Source of the DNA: a virus
Strand: one strand, 5' to 3'
Virus record (IMG/VR): IMGVR_UViG_3300031772_000001
Location: 64,001-128,000 of that record
Length of the DNA stretch: 64,000 nt
In this document: positions 35,765 to 44,935 of the stretch, piece by piece
How positions within the stretch are numbered: the stretch's first letter is position 1
Layout: each line of letters starts with the position of its first letter
The notes under the pieces: model-generated
What the model saw: the letters and a program-made list of their open reading frames with translations, nothing else
Told to the model about the DNA's origin: nothing
The model's database searches: none
Translations under genes and position numbers: made by a program

Positions 35765-36075
35765 CAGACACCCCTTGTTTCTGGTTCAATTCCAAACACA
35801 GTCCTTACATACTCAACACCATAATCCTTTGTAGTCTCAAACTGCATAATAAGACCACCCTTTTCCCGTATACCACCAAAGTAAACCTTCGGGTTTGAAT
35901 AATTTGTCAAAAACTGGACAACATCAGTATCAAACCCTTCCCTGCTGTAAACAATAATCCTATCCACATTCACAGGAAAACTCATCTGACCACCTCTAAT
36001 CTTTGAAGACCTGCCCGAATACCCTGAGTTGTAAAGAAGCCATGCACATAACAAGCATCGGGTATCATATAGCAC
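35764..36075 (-). CDS. hypothetical protein (true start likely MSFPVNV)
   Basis: GAGGTGG before internal ATG. Confidence 0.5.
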   Translation of the reverse strand: MLYDTRCLLCAWLLYNSGYSGRSSKIRGGQMSFPVNVDRIIVYSREGFDTDVVQFLTNYSNPKVYFGGIREKGGLIMQFETTKDYGVEYVRTVFGIEPETRGV

Positions 36076-36569
36076 TCATTAAAATAATCTATAGCATGAA
36101 AAAACCAAGTAGCACTTCCCATAAACTTCTTTCTTCTCCTATCAAGCCACTCAGAAAACATGTTACAACAGTTGTTTACATAGAAGATAAAAATATCCCC
36201 AAACACAAAATACGGTTTGTCCTTCTTATCAAATACCGGGATAGACCTCAAATAACAATCAGTATCAAGATATAAAAGGTCCGGTATCTCACAAGCCATT
36301 TTGAATCGTACTATATCAGATAATTCTGATACACTACACAAAGGACTTCTTAGGTCGTGCGGTTTTATGTACCTGTCTCTTTCTACGTCTGTCACAATCG
36401 AGTAGGTATGACCATTCTGATTCGCAAGCTCAATAGCCCGGCTTACACAAACATCCCTGTGCTCACGATACGTCTCATTACCCAACCTAATCAAGACAAA
36501 ATGCATCAATCTTCCCCTAAAAATTTCAGGATTCTCTTGTGTCTCTTCTTCTTCGCACACATCCGACAA
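35982..36569 (-). CDS. GT32/DXD-type glycosyltransferase-like protein
   Basis: SDIVRF...LLYLDTDCY. Confidence 0.6.
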   Translation of the reverse strand: MSDVCEEEETQENPEIFRGRLMHFVLIRLGNETYREHRDVCVSRAIELANQNGHTYSIVTDVERDRYIKPHDLRSPLCSVSELSDIVRFKMACEIPDLLYLDTDCYLRSIPVFDKKDKPYFVFGDIFIFYVNNCCNMFSEWLDRRRKKFMGSATWFFHAIDYFNECYMIPDACYVHGFFTTQGIRAGLQRLEVVR

Positions 36570-36706
36570 AATAGATCATCCTTTATCTTACACTCTATGC
36601 ACGGGTCTTTAGCAGCACGATCAATAGCCTCATCTTCGGCCTTTTCTTCATCAGAAAGAGCATTATGAACACTCTCACCTTTTTTAACAACACCCACATC
36701 CCTCAT
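36506..36706 (-). CDS. small CxxC protein
   Basis: CIEC...CRMC. Confidence 0.5.
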   Translation of the reverse strand: MRDVGVVKKGESVHNALSDEEKAEDEAIDRAAKDPCIECKIKDDLFCRMCAKKKRHKRILKFLGED

Positions 36707-36707
36707 A

Positions 36708-37085
36708 TCACACCACCCTATACATCAACTTAGAAGAAAAAATCTTCGATCTCGAAAGATCACAATACGAAAACCTTACCCACCCATACTGACAATTTTT
36801 ATCTTCTTCCTCCATAGTAACAACTACAGAACTACCATCAACCAAGACGCCCCTCTCCACAAGTACAAAATCACCATGCATCTCTTTAGAAACATGAATA
36901 CTTACATACTTCTTGTAGATAGAAGTAAAAGGGGTCTTAAACGTCAAAATAAACGGTTGACCCTTTTTCAACACCAGCATAATCACCCTTTCTTCGGAAC
37001 CCACATTCCGTTTGTATAAGTAAATGGAAACATCGTCCCCCATGACCTTCCAATAGAAATCTCCGCAAGCATAGGCACCTTCCAC
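36708..37085 (-). CDS. hypothetical protein (true start likely MLVLKKG)
   Basis: downstream of polymerase; track start overlaps it. Confidence 0.45.
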   Translation of the reverse strand: MEGAYACGDFYWKVMGDDVSIYLYKRNVGSEERVIMLVLKKGQPFILTFKTPFTSIYKKYVSIHVSKEMHGDFVLVERGVLVDGSSVVVTMEEEDKNCQYGWVRFSYCDLSRSKIFSSKLMYRVV

Positions 37086-39166
37086 TCCGGTATCTTAATC
37101 TGCATAATGTCTTGTAGAGTCAACACCATCTCCGTAAACCTGACAGGATCTCTTGCGTCAATAGAGAAGTTTATCTCATCATGTATTGACGATTTCAGAA
37201 AAATCCCGTCTTCTTTTCCAATCCACTTCCTACAAGAGTTATATATTTTTATTAAAGCTATTCTCATCATATCTGCTGCTGTTCCTTGAACAGAGTGATT
37301 CACAGCAGTTCTATCTGCATATCCTTCCAACCTACGGTTTCCAGAACTGTACCAATACCTCACCCTTCTCTTACGCCCAAAATATGTTGAAACTTCACCG
37401 TACTGTCTCCCATAAGCCTTCACACCATTACTCCAACTACGGATTCCTAAAAGATTACCCCACCAATTGTCAAGTAATACCTGTGCCTCATTCTCAGGTA
37501 TACCAAGCTGCCTTGAAAATGACTTGGCTGACCCACCATATAAGCTCCCAAAATTTAACACCTTCGCTGTCTTCCTTACCTCTCTGTTATACAACGACTC
37601 ATCACCATGACATATACAAGTCATAGCCGTTGACACATGAACATCCTTACCTGTAGTAAATGCATCAATCCATACTGGTTCATTTGCTAAATTAGCGGGA
37701 ATCCTGAGTTCTTGTGAGGAATAATCTATTGAAACAAGTAGATGGTAAGGATAATTAGGCATATAAGCAGCACGAACATTCTCCTCAAGGGAACATCCTT
37801 CCACCCCCTCCTTACCATCTACCTTCTCAAAATGATACCCAAGAAATGAAAACAAATCCGGGGAGTCTACTGGTGTATTCACTACCACTGCATTATAATA
37901 CTGTGAGTGCGGCTTAGGAATAGCTTGCCCATTTATTTTACAATAATACTTGTTCTTTGCATCAGAACCAGAGGCAAACCTACCAGAGGGTGTTGCATTG
38001 TACTTATAAGCAAATCTTACTGCCCCTCCTAAATCCTCTCTCCACTCATTCAAAAACGGCTTACAATATGTTGTCTCAAACTTTTTCAATTTTTTATACT
38101 TCATTAACAAAGGTATAACAGGATGCTCGTCTTGTATCTCCTCTAACGCCTCTTCATCTGTTGATACGCTCTTACCTGATTTCGTCCTCTTGGATGGTGT
38201 GATTCCAATAGTTGCCAAAGCCTGTAAGACCTGCTTCGGGGAACCTAACCCAAAGTTATACCCAAACTGAGTAAAGATTTCCGCAGATAAATTTGCGAGT
38301 GTGTTAGTAACATCTGCATCTAACTTCAAAATCATGTCTTTGTTAATCTTAAAAGGGTCATCTTCCATTACCATTAACGGAACAAGAACCTGATTGTCTA
38401 TGTCGTTTACAAACTTACATTCATTGTAGATGTTGTACATCACATAAATCAAGTTGTATGGAGCAAGAACATCATCACACGCATACTCAAAGCACTCGTT
38501 CGGATCATTGTAAGCGAAGTTGGTAGCTGCTTCTGTTTTCTTCCCAAAGTCTTCCCCGGCCTCTGGGATCTCTTCTGTCGGCACGTCCCCACCACCAGCA
38601 TCTCCAACGTCAGCCTCAGTCTGCATGACCTCCTCGAAGGTCCGCATCTTCCACCCAAGGAAATGTAGTGCAGCCCACTTCAGGCTTGGCATTGCTATAT
38701 TTGTGTCAGCATTGTAAACAACAACTGACATATCGAAGTATGGCAACTTTTCAAGATCGTAAAACTTACCCAACCCCGCCTTCTTTAAGAAACGGTAGTC
38801 AAACCTGTAATTGTAAAACAATACCCTCTTTGCATGACTACAGAAAGCCGCCACAACCTGCAAAGCCAAGTCCATTGAAACATTCTGACCGTTGAAATGA
38901 CCCACTGGCATATAGAACGCCTGAGTCCTGCTTATCGCCATTGAAATACCAACAATATTTTCCTTTTCTATATTCAACCCTGTTGTTTCTGTATCAATCG
39001 CTATCATCTCAGGCTGAAAGGCATGTGCAGCCGCAACCAATGCCCGTAACTGGTCATCAGTAGTTATCAATCTCCTCTCCTGACCGGAAGGATAGTTCGG
39101 GTCTGGCTTTGCAGGTGCAAACCAGTGGACATATCCCTTTTGTCTTACATCTTTACCTACAGCCAT
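36983..39166 (-). CDS. polA: DNA polymerase family A with 3'-5' exonuclease
   Basis: ExoI DTETTG, ExoII YNYRFD, ExoIII YACDD; motif A DYSSQELR, motif B RKTAKVLNFGSLYG, motif C IHDE. Confidence 0.95.
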   Translation of the reverse strand: MAVGKDVRQKGYVHWFAPAKPDPNYPSGQERRLITTDDQLRALVAAAHAFQPEMIAIDTETTGLNIEKENIVGISMAISRTQAFYMPVGHFNGQNVSMDLALQVVAAFCSHAKRVLFYNYRFDYRFLKKAGLGKFYDLEKLPYFDMSVVVYNADTNIAMPSLKWAALHFLGWKMRTFEEVMQTEADVGDAGGGDVPTEEIPEAGEDFGKKTEAATNFAYNDPNECFEYACDDVLAPYNLIYVMYNIYNECKFVNDIDNQVLVPLMVMEDDPFKINKDMILKLDADVTNTLANLSAEIFTQFGYNFGLGSPKQVLQALATIGITPSKRTKSGKSVSTDEEALEEIQDEHPVIPLLMKYKKLKKFETTYCKPFLNEWREDLGGAVRFAYKYNATPSGRFASGSDAKNKYYCKINGQAIPKPHSQYYNAVVVNTPVDSPDLFSFLGYHFEKVDGKEGVEGCSLEENVRAAYMPNYPYHLLVSIDYSSQELRIPANLANEPVWIDAFTTGKDVHVSTAMTCICHGDESLYNREVRKTAKVLNFGSLYGGSAKSFSRQLGIPENEAQVLLDNWWGNLLGIRSWSNGVKAYGRQYGEVSTYFGRKRRVRYWYSSGNRRLEGYADRTAVNHSVQGTAADMMRIALIKIYNSCRKWIGKEDGIFLKSSIHDEINFSIDARDPVRFTEMVLTLQDIMQIKIPEWKVPMLAEISIGRSWGTMFPFTYTNGMWVPKKG

Positions 39167-39169
39167 AAA

Positions 39170-39613
39170 TCAAATCTTCCTGTTATTCAGTGTTCTTACA
39201 AAAGAAGTACAAACCATGTTAGAGTAATCAAGAAATTTCAACTTACCAGCCATAAACTTAGACCGCTCAAAAAGCAAGTCCCCACGTAAATCTATACGTT
39301 CAAAATTGGTAAATCCTAAAGCTATCTCTTCCGGCACATCCCCCCGTGATCTTAGTGTTCTCTCTATTTCAACATCGGAATATCCAAGAAATACCAAGAT
39401 GTCATAAGGACGATACTGTTTTGCCTCTGAAAAACAATGAAAACACTCTTTGAAAATCTTTCCAGAACGCTTTCCACCAGCCTCGTCATCGTGAAAAGGA
39501 CAAAAACAGTTCTGCCCTACCCACGGCTCCTGTAACCCCACAAACTCAAGCAACGGCAGGAGCTTAAAATCATGGTTTGCCCACCGTATCAATATTCCTT
39601 TTGGTAAACTCAT
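39170..39613 (-). CDS. primase CHC2 zinc-finger subunit
   Basis: CFCPFHDD...FHCFSE. Confidence 0.7.
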   Translation of the reverse strand: MSLPKGILIRWANHDFKLLPLLEFVGLQEPWVGQNCFCPFHDDEAGGKRSGKIFKECFHCFSEAKQYRPYDILVFLGYSDVEIERTLRSRGDVPEEIALGFTNFERIDLRGDLLFERSKFMAGKLKFLDYSNMVCTSFVRTLNNRKI

Positions 39614-39643
39614 CCCTGCACCCCATAACCAATAATCCGGTAA

Positions 39644-39820
39644 TCAAAGATGCTTCAAAGCAGGAATCACTTCTTGATGAATCTTCTTCCCAAATAACTG
39701 ATGTGCCGCAGAAAATACAACCTCTACAGTCACAAGAGCTACACACATCAAAAGTATCATCGTCAAAACCATCATAACCCCAGAAATTCCTGTCTTATTA
39801 CGAAAAGAAAATACTGGCAT
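39644..39820 (-). CDS. small single-TM protein (58 aa, not in track)
   Basis: AGGAGG RBS; MPVFSFRNKTGISGVMMVLTMILLMCVALV... Confidence 0.5.
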   Translation of the reverse strand: MPVFSFRNKTGISGVMMVLTMILLMCVALVTVEVVFSAAHQLFGKKIHQEVIPALKHL

Positions 39821-39829
39821 ACCCCCTCC

Positions 39830-41215
39830 TTACGTCATAAAGTTTGGAAGAGTGTTTGTCAATAACAACTGCGAATAATCAATCGAACCTGCATCACCCA
39901 CACCCTGACGTTCATCACCAACAACACAAAACTCAGGGTCAAATGGTATGGTCACTGGCTTATCAAATGAGTTTACATAACGGTTCTTCGGAAGATTAAC
40001 CATCATTTCTTTTCTCTGCTTCAATGAATCATTTAGATAAACAAACGAGACATACGTTGAATCCCTCTCTAATGAATTTATCTCTGCCAACGCTGTAAGC
40101 GGATACAACCCCTCCGTTCCCCCACGTCCCGGCTGTCTCGCCAACTCATACCATGTCCTGTTTGTCTGTGAAAGCATCATCAACGAGAATGATCTTCCGT
40201 TGAAGTCCATACACATATTATTGAAAAATGAAACATACCTGTTTGCTGGTTCATCCATACCCGGAGGTGCAATGAACTTAAACTTCTGAGCATAGTCTAT
40301 AACCATGTAATGTATAGGAAAATTCACCCTCATCAACCGTGACATAATACCTGAAAAAGACGTGTTTGAGAAATCAGATATATCAAGAAACTCTATCTTG
40401 CCATACTCAGAATTATTAAACAAATCCTCATGTACAGGACCAAGGATATGCTTCTCTTCGTCTGCGTTCATGTTTGCAAAGATCAACTTCTCCTTCGGGA
40501 CAGGTCTGAACAATTTCTGAAATTTTTCATGCTTTGAGTGCCTTGACAAGTAGTAAGATATGAGCAACGCTTTCGGCATCTCAAATGAAAGAAACACTCC
40601 ATTTAACCCACACTTAGTAGAATTACCATAAGATGATGAAATTGCAAAAGATGTCTTCCCTTGTCCTGCAAAACCCCCAACCGTGTACATGGTTCCAAAA
40701 GCTACACCACGCATCTCATCATCAAGATTTTTCACAAATGTCAACATCCCGGCAGGCTCATCTTTACGCTTCAGATAAGCCTCAGCATAGTCAAACTTCT
40801 TTTGCTCGTTTACGGTACTTACTGACTCCAAGACCTTTGAGAGTCTGGTAAGAATGTCCTCTCTTGATAGGTTCTGTATGTCTTTGGAAATCTCCCCTAA
40901 CTTCCGTGATAACTCACCTTTCTTTACGCTCTCTTGATGACCCTCTACTTGGTCAAGAAATTCCGCTAAGTTAATCCCATCTTTTAACTGAGGCACAGAC
41001 CCCACGTACCCCAAACTCCCAACCATATAGTCCAGGGAAGGTACTGTGCCTGCCTTCACAACAAGAGTGGAGATTTTCTTTAGGACAGGATCATCTACAG
41101 TAGGAAGTATTGCCTGTATCAAGGCACACTTGTTAGCAAATACCTCACTGCCCAACAAGTAGGCAATGACGTAATCCGTAGCTGTATAGCTGACGTAACT
41201 ACTTTGTTCTGGCAT
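39830..41215 (-). CDS. DnaB-like replicative helicase
   Basis: GGFAGQGKT, SFEMP, IDYAQ, LSQTNR, LERDS, KNR. Confidence 0.9.
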   Translation of the reverse strand: MPEQSSYVSYTATDYVIAYLLGSEVFANKCALIQAILPTVDDPVLKKISTLVVKAGTVPSLDYMVGSLGYVGSVPQLKDGINLAEFLDQVEGHQESVKKGELSRKLGEISKDIQNLSREDILTRLSKVLESVSTVNEQKKFDYAEAYLKRKDEPAGMLTFVKNLDDEMRGVAFGTMYTVGGFAGQGKTSFAISSSYGNSTKCGLNGVFLSFEMPKALLISYYLSRHSKHEKFQKLFRPVPKEKLIFANMNADEEKHILGPVHEDLFNNSEYGKIEFLDISDFSNTSFSGIMSRLMRVNFPIHYMVIDYAQKFKFIAPPGMDEPANRYVSFFNNMCMDFNGRSFSLMMLSQTNRTWYELARQPGRGGTEGLYPLTALAEINSLERDSTYVSFVYLNDSLKQRKEMMVNLPKNRYVNSFDKPVTIPFDPEFCVVGDERQGVGDAGSIDYSQLLLTNTLPNFMT

Positions 41216-41555
41216 CTTTTTTCTTGTTCTTGTAGGAAGAAATAATCATCGCCCTGATGCACTTGTCAATTTCCGTTGACTTTGTTGGGTATGCTATTTC
41301 CCCTACAGCATGAAGATAAAACCATCTTGATAATCTGGACACCACAGACGGGGAATCCTTCACGACTATGTAGGTAATTCCACTCCACCTAATAAACCAA
41401 TACCTAAGAAAAGACAACTTATTATTTGAGATAAGCAGGTACTTCGTGGTCATATCTTTAAGGCTTTTCACAGCCTCATACTCGTGACCACCCTGACCAA
41501 GAACTATACTCAGGATGTCAAGCGATTCCTTGTCAAGCATAACTGAGATTTTCAT
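41199..41555 (-). CDS. hypothetical protein (degenerate receiver-like)
   Basis: 118 aa, alternating beta/alpha pattern. Confidence 0.5.
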   Translation of the reverse strand: MKISVMLDKESLDILSIVLGQGGHEYEAVKSLKDMTTKYLLISNNKLSFLRYWFIRWSGITYIVVKDSPSVVSRLSRWFYLHAVGEIAYPTKSTEIDKCIRAMIISSYKNKKKDARTK

Positions 41556-42403
41556 AATTTACGGCTCGGTCCTTTCCTTGGAGGCATTGGACTTCTTGAC
41601 GGGTCTGACGCTGTGTAGGTTAATTTTATGTCTGCGGAACTCTTTGCCTTTCTCTTCTCAACCGGCTTATCTACAACCGGCCTACTCACCAAAACCGTAT
41701 CTAACTTTTGCTCTACAAGAGGTGCCTCTTGTTTCTGTGTCTTACACGGGTCACTACCAGCCACACCACCCCACGACTTCGGTACATCACACCCGTATGT
41801 TAGTAAACCAAACTTCGCTTTTTTGAAAAACTCAGACAGAACTACATCCCCAACAACATCCCCTAAAACCCTCTGGCCTACCTTCGTGTAGTAATACTTG
41901 CTATACAGCGGGAACTCTCTCCCCTTTACAAAAACCCATGTGTGCCTGTCCTGCATCTGCCTACGTTCAACCAGATTCGCAATAAGAGTCGGCATAAGAT
42001 TGTTTGTAGGGTCATGGAATCCCACAAACAAGGCAAGATGTTTATACCCCGCTAAATCAGACAGGCTCTTGCAAGGCTCCACCTCTGGATTCGACTGCAT
42101 GAAAATCTTAATAACATCTTCTGTCTCTATCTTCCTGAAAGAGCCTGAAAACCCTGTCTTTGTCCAAAAATAAGCTGCTGCCCAATTGATAATACGAACA
42201 TCATCTACGTTTACAAAGAATACTATATCCCGGTCAAGATTCTCGTTCTTCAGTTTATCCACTATTCCCAAATCCCCAATAACATCACCTATTGACATCT
42301 GAATCATCTTCTGCATCGAAGTGTACCTGTAACACTCACAGGCAACCCATAGGTCATCCTTCTTATAGTAATTCTCACCCTTACATAGAGGACAATCAGA
42401 CAT
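41552..42403 (-). CDS. DnaC/helicase-loader-like protein (degenerate ATPase)
   Basis: CPLCKG...VACEC N-terminus; LVERRQMQDRHTWV; near DnaB. Confidence 0.5.
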   Translation of the reverse strand: MSDCPLCKGENYYKKDDLWVACECYRYTSMQKMIQMSIGDVIGDLGIVDKLKNENLDRDIVFFVNVDDVRIINWAAAYFWTKTGFSGSFRKIETEDVIKIFMQSNPEVEPCKSLSDLAGYKHLALFVGFHDPTNNLMPTLIANLVERRQMQDRHTWVFVKGREFPLYSKYYYTKVGQRVLGDVVGDVVLSEFFKKAKFGLLTYGCDVPKSWGGVAGSDPCKTQKQEAPLVEQKLDTVLVSRPVVDKPVEKRKAKSSADIKLTYTASDPSRSPMPPRKGPSRKL

Positions 42404-43877
42404 ACACTTTCCCTTTTGCTAACCCTCGTAACTCTTTCTTCTTCCACAACAAATCCTTACGCATCTTGATTATATAATCTTTAGTTGGTTCTGAATCAAT
42501 CTCAGGTAGGTTAGGGTTTTGAGAAATAACCTTCTTAATCTTGTCTGCATTATGCTCTAACATCAACCTCTTGTAGGTATCTATCGTGTCTTTAGCCTCA
42601 ATTATGAATATCTCCATGAAGTTGTGCTCGGTGTTCACTCGCACGACTCGGCCTACCACCTGCACAAACTCCCCTATTGAAAACGTCAGGTTGAAGAATA
42701 TCACCGTATTCGACACCTGAAGATTCAAACTCTCACCACCTGCACCTGTCATAACAATAATTGATTTTTTCTTAAAACTTTCAACAACATCTTCCCTCTT
42801 CTCCAAAGACGTTGCCCCTGTAATCACATATATATCTACGTCAGGGAACTCCTTCTTAAACAGCTTCTTCAGCCTATCCACAGGCTCCTTCAGGGATGAA
42901 TACACGATCACTGCCTTGTCCTCGGCCAACTTCTTAGCAACAAGCTCTACACATCGTCGCTCTTTTGATGAAACTTTAGATAAATCTTCTCCGTCTCCCC
43001 CGGTGTCTGCCGCACGCTGTAAGTCAGGAAGTCTTGCCGCAAAATCCTTGTAAGTACCACCAAGAATACCCATTGCCGCACGAAGGTATAGGGTATTCTC
43101 TTCAGGTGTCAACTCTACAACCTCACTAATGAATCTTACATCATACTCTCTGAATCTCACCAACACATACGGCTTGATTATCTCGTGCAGGATATTAAGG
43201 TTCCTGTATCCCACAACCTCAAAGAATGTAATCAACCCCATCTTCCGCATCTTCTGAATTGTAAACTGCCTCATGTACGATGTCTTTGTTCCCAATACCT
43301 TCGGAAATAGGAAATCTACTAACACGAACAGGTCTTCTATGTGGTTTAACAGGGGAGTTGCGGTTAGTCCCCACGTTACTAAACTATGCTGCCTCAAAAC
43401 CTTACACAGACCATACCAAGTCATGCCCTTGTTCTTATCATTATCCCTGTAAAACTTTCTATTCTTAATCTTGTGCATTTCATCAAGAACTAAGATAACC
43501 TTATTTGTCAAGAACAACTTCTCAAGGTAGAATCTTGCTTCTTCCAACTGATGATACGTTACAATCGTTATATCCTCATCCCCAGGAAACAAAGGGCCAT
43601 ACTCCTGTAATGTCCACTCAGAACGACACAAGAAGTATTTGTAATTAGTCTTACTCTCAATCTCTTTACGCCATGTCACTGTTGCTGATTTTGTACAAAC
43701 TACAAGAAGATGAAACTTACCAGCAGGATTCTTTCTCCTCACAGCCTCGTAAGCCGCTAACGCAGCATACGTCTTACCCAAGCCTGTTCCAAAAGCTAGT
43801 AAATGATCAACAGGCTGAGACAGTATCTTTACCGCCTCAGCCTGTTCTTCCAGCAACAATGTCTCGAAATGGGGCAT
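42396..43877 (-). CDS. SNF2-family helicase
   Basis: GTGLGKT, LDEMHKIKN, LTATPLLNH, GGESLNLQ, QVVGRVVR. Confidence 0.9.
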   Translation of the reverse strand: MPHFETLLLEEQAEAVKILSQPVDHLLAFGTGLGKTYAALAAYEAVRRKNPAGKFHLLVVCTKSATVTWRKEIESKTNYKYFLCRSEWTLQEYGPLFPGDEDITIVTYHQLEEARFYLEKLFLTNKVILVLDEMHKIKNRKFYRDNDKNKGMTWYGLCKVLRQHSLVTWGLTATPLLNHIEDLFVLVDFLFPKVLGTKTSYMRQFTIQKMRKMGLITFFEVVGYRNLNILHEIIKPYVLVRFREYDVRFISEVVELTPEENTLYLRAAMGILGGTYKDFAARLPDLQRAADTGGDGEDLSKVSSKERRCVELVAKKLAEDKAVIVYSSLKEPVDRLKKLFKKEFPDVDIYVITGATSLEKREDVVESFKKKSIIVMTGAGGESLNLQVSNTVIFFNLTFSIGEFVQVVGRVVRVNTEHNFMEIFIIEAKDTIDTYKRLMLEHNADKIKKVISQNPNLPEIDSEPTKDYIIKMRKDLLWKKKELRGLAKGKVYV

Positions 43878-44056
43878 TACTCCCTCGGAGGGTCTAACTC
43901 AAAAATCTCATCACAATACTTACATTTGTACTGGCCGGGAACACCAGTAGGATAAGCTACACTATGCGTACAAATCTTCTGATCTCTCTTATCAAATATC
44001 CTTCCCCAATCTTCATCACTGATTTTATTACTTGTAGGTCTTGAAACAATTGACAT
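43877..44056 (-). CDS. small Zn-finger protein (59 aa, not in track)
   Basis: MSIVSRPT...DWERIFDK...CTH...CKYC. Confidence 0.55.
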   Translation of the reverse strand: MSIVSRPTSNKISDEDWGRIFDKRDQKICTHSVAYPTGVPGQYKCKYCDEIFELDPPRE

Positions 44057-44104
44057 TGACTATGACCTTTCCTAATATATTCAACTAACCCCTAATAATC
44101 ATTC

Positions 44105-44143
44105 AAATAAGAGAAGAAATTTTATTCTCTTCTCTTATTTTTT
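44105..44143. terminator. 13-bp perfect inverted repeat, probable terminator
   Basis: AAATAAGAGAAGA-N10-TCTTCTCTTATTT(TTT). Confidence 0.6.
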
Positions 44144-44280
44144 AGAGAAACAGAACATTATATGTATGAGTGTTAGCCTTCTCCACTATGGTATTATCCA
44201 TAAAGGATTGAGCCAATTGACTCCGAAGAAAAGAAGAAGGTAGGAGCATCACCAAACACTCCAATAAACAAAGAAACAAG

Positions 44281-44693
44281 TGGAGGTGGGGGGAATTGAA
44301 CCCCCGTCCAGAAAATACTCAATATTGACATCTACGTGTGTAGTCTCAGTTAAGTGTCATGATAAGTATACTGAGGCCAAAATACTTACCACCAAGTTTC
44401 AGGTATTTTTCGGTGCTTTATGTCATGAAACCACCCACTTGCACCTAACCCTACTTTCGCCCACACACTCGGATACTTGTGTGGGCTAGTCACCTTTAGT
44501 TAGGCGACGCTGACAACTGGCATCGCCAGATCACACATCGCCGCGAAGCGAAGCGCAAAAGCAACACCAGCGTTGACCGTCGATTTCTCGGCAGCTAACA
44601 TCTCCCCCGGACGATTTATGAGGCCAACCGGGAGAACCCTCCTCAACACGCAGTCAATACTTTATACATTCTGTCGAAAACCAGATCACCCCC
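44281..44693 (-). ncRNA. ssrA: tmRNA
   Basis: 5' GGGGGTGATCTGGTTTTCGAC; 3' GACGGGGGTTCAATTCCCCCCACCTCCA; G3-U70 pair; tag frame 44592-44500 after UAGCU. Confidence 0.93.
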
Positions 44694-44707
44694 CCTAAAA
44701 TGAAAAA

Positions 44708-44794
44708 TGCTGGCAGGCTGGCATCTCAGTGGTTGCAACTACCAAGCACAAAATAGCCCGGCACTGAGACTTTTTCAGCCCACACCCTCCGGCA
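44708..44794 (-). ncRNA. candidate rod-like small RNA
   Basis: nested stems GGCUG/CAGCC and UCUCAGUG/CACUGAGA; U-tract after; strand assigned from context. Confidence 0.5.
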
Positions 44795-44811
44795 ACAATA
44801 CCCCACAATCA

Positions 44812-44894
44812 AAGATACCGAGCCGAGAGCGTGGTCAGGTTGTACACCCTGATAATAGATTGATCAATTCCACACGCCCCGGACACGATACCCT
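44812..44894 (-). ncRNA. candidate small RNA
   Basis: AGGGUAUCG/CGGUAUCUU, CCGGGGCGUG/CACGCUCUCGG, UCAGG/CCUGA; G-U pairs favour minus strand. Confidence 0.55.
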
Positions 44895-44903
44895 ACAACA
44901 TTA

Positions 44904-44923
44904 TACGCTTCTGCGACCAAAAA
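44904..44923 (-). promoter_or_regulatory. candidate phage-specific promoter TTTTT-N11-CGTA(TAAT)
   Basis: directly upstream of the RNA block ending in tmRNA. Confidence 0.6.
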
Positions 44924-44935
44924 CGTAAACCCAAG

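Noticed and set aside
36983-39166. Intein or intron in the DNA polymerase (also checked RecA and DnaB)
   Set aside because: Only short insertions; no intein termini, homing-endonuclease motifs or frame breaks.
39795-39812. Seventh CGTA promoter-like motif
   Set aside because: Lies inside a small RBS-led ORF (39644..39820) and the T-tract spacing is off.
44280-44489. Plus ORF MEVGGIEPPSR and apparent tRNA 3' half
   Set aside because: Antisense of the tmRNA T-arm and acceptor stem.
44708-44794. SRP (4.5S) RNA
   Set aside because: Lacks the conserved GGAA-tetraloop/AGCAG helix-8 motif.
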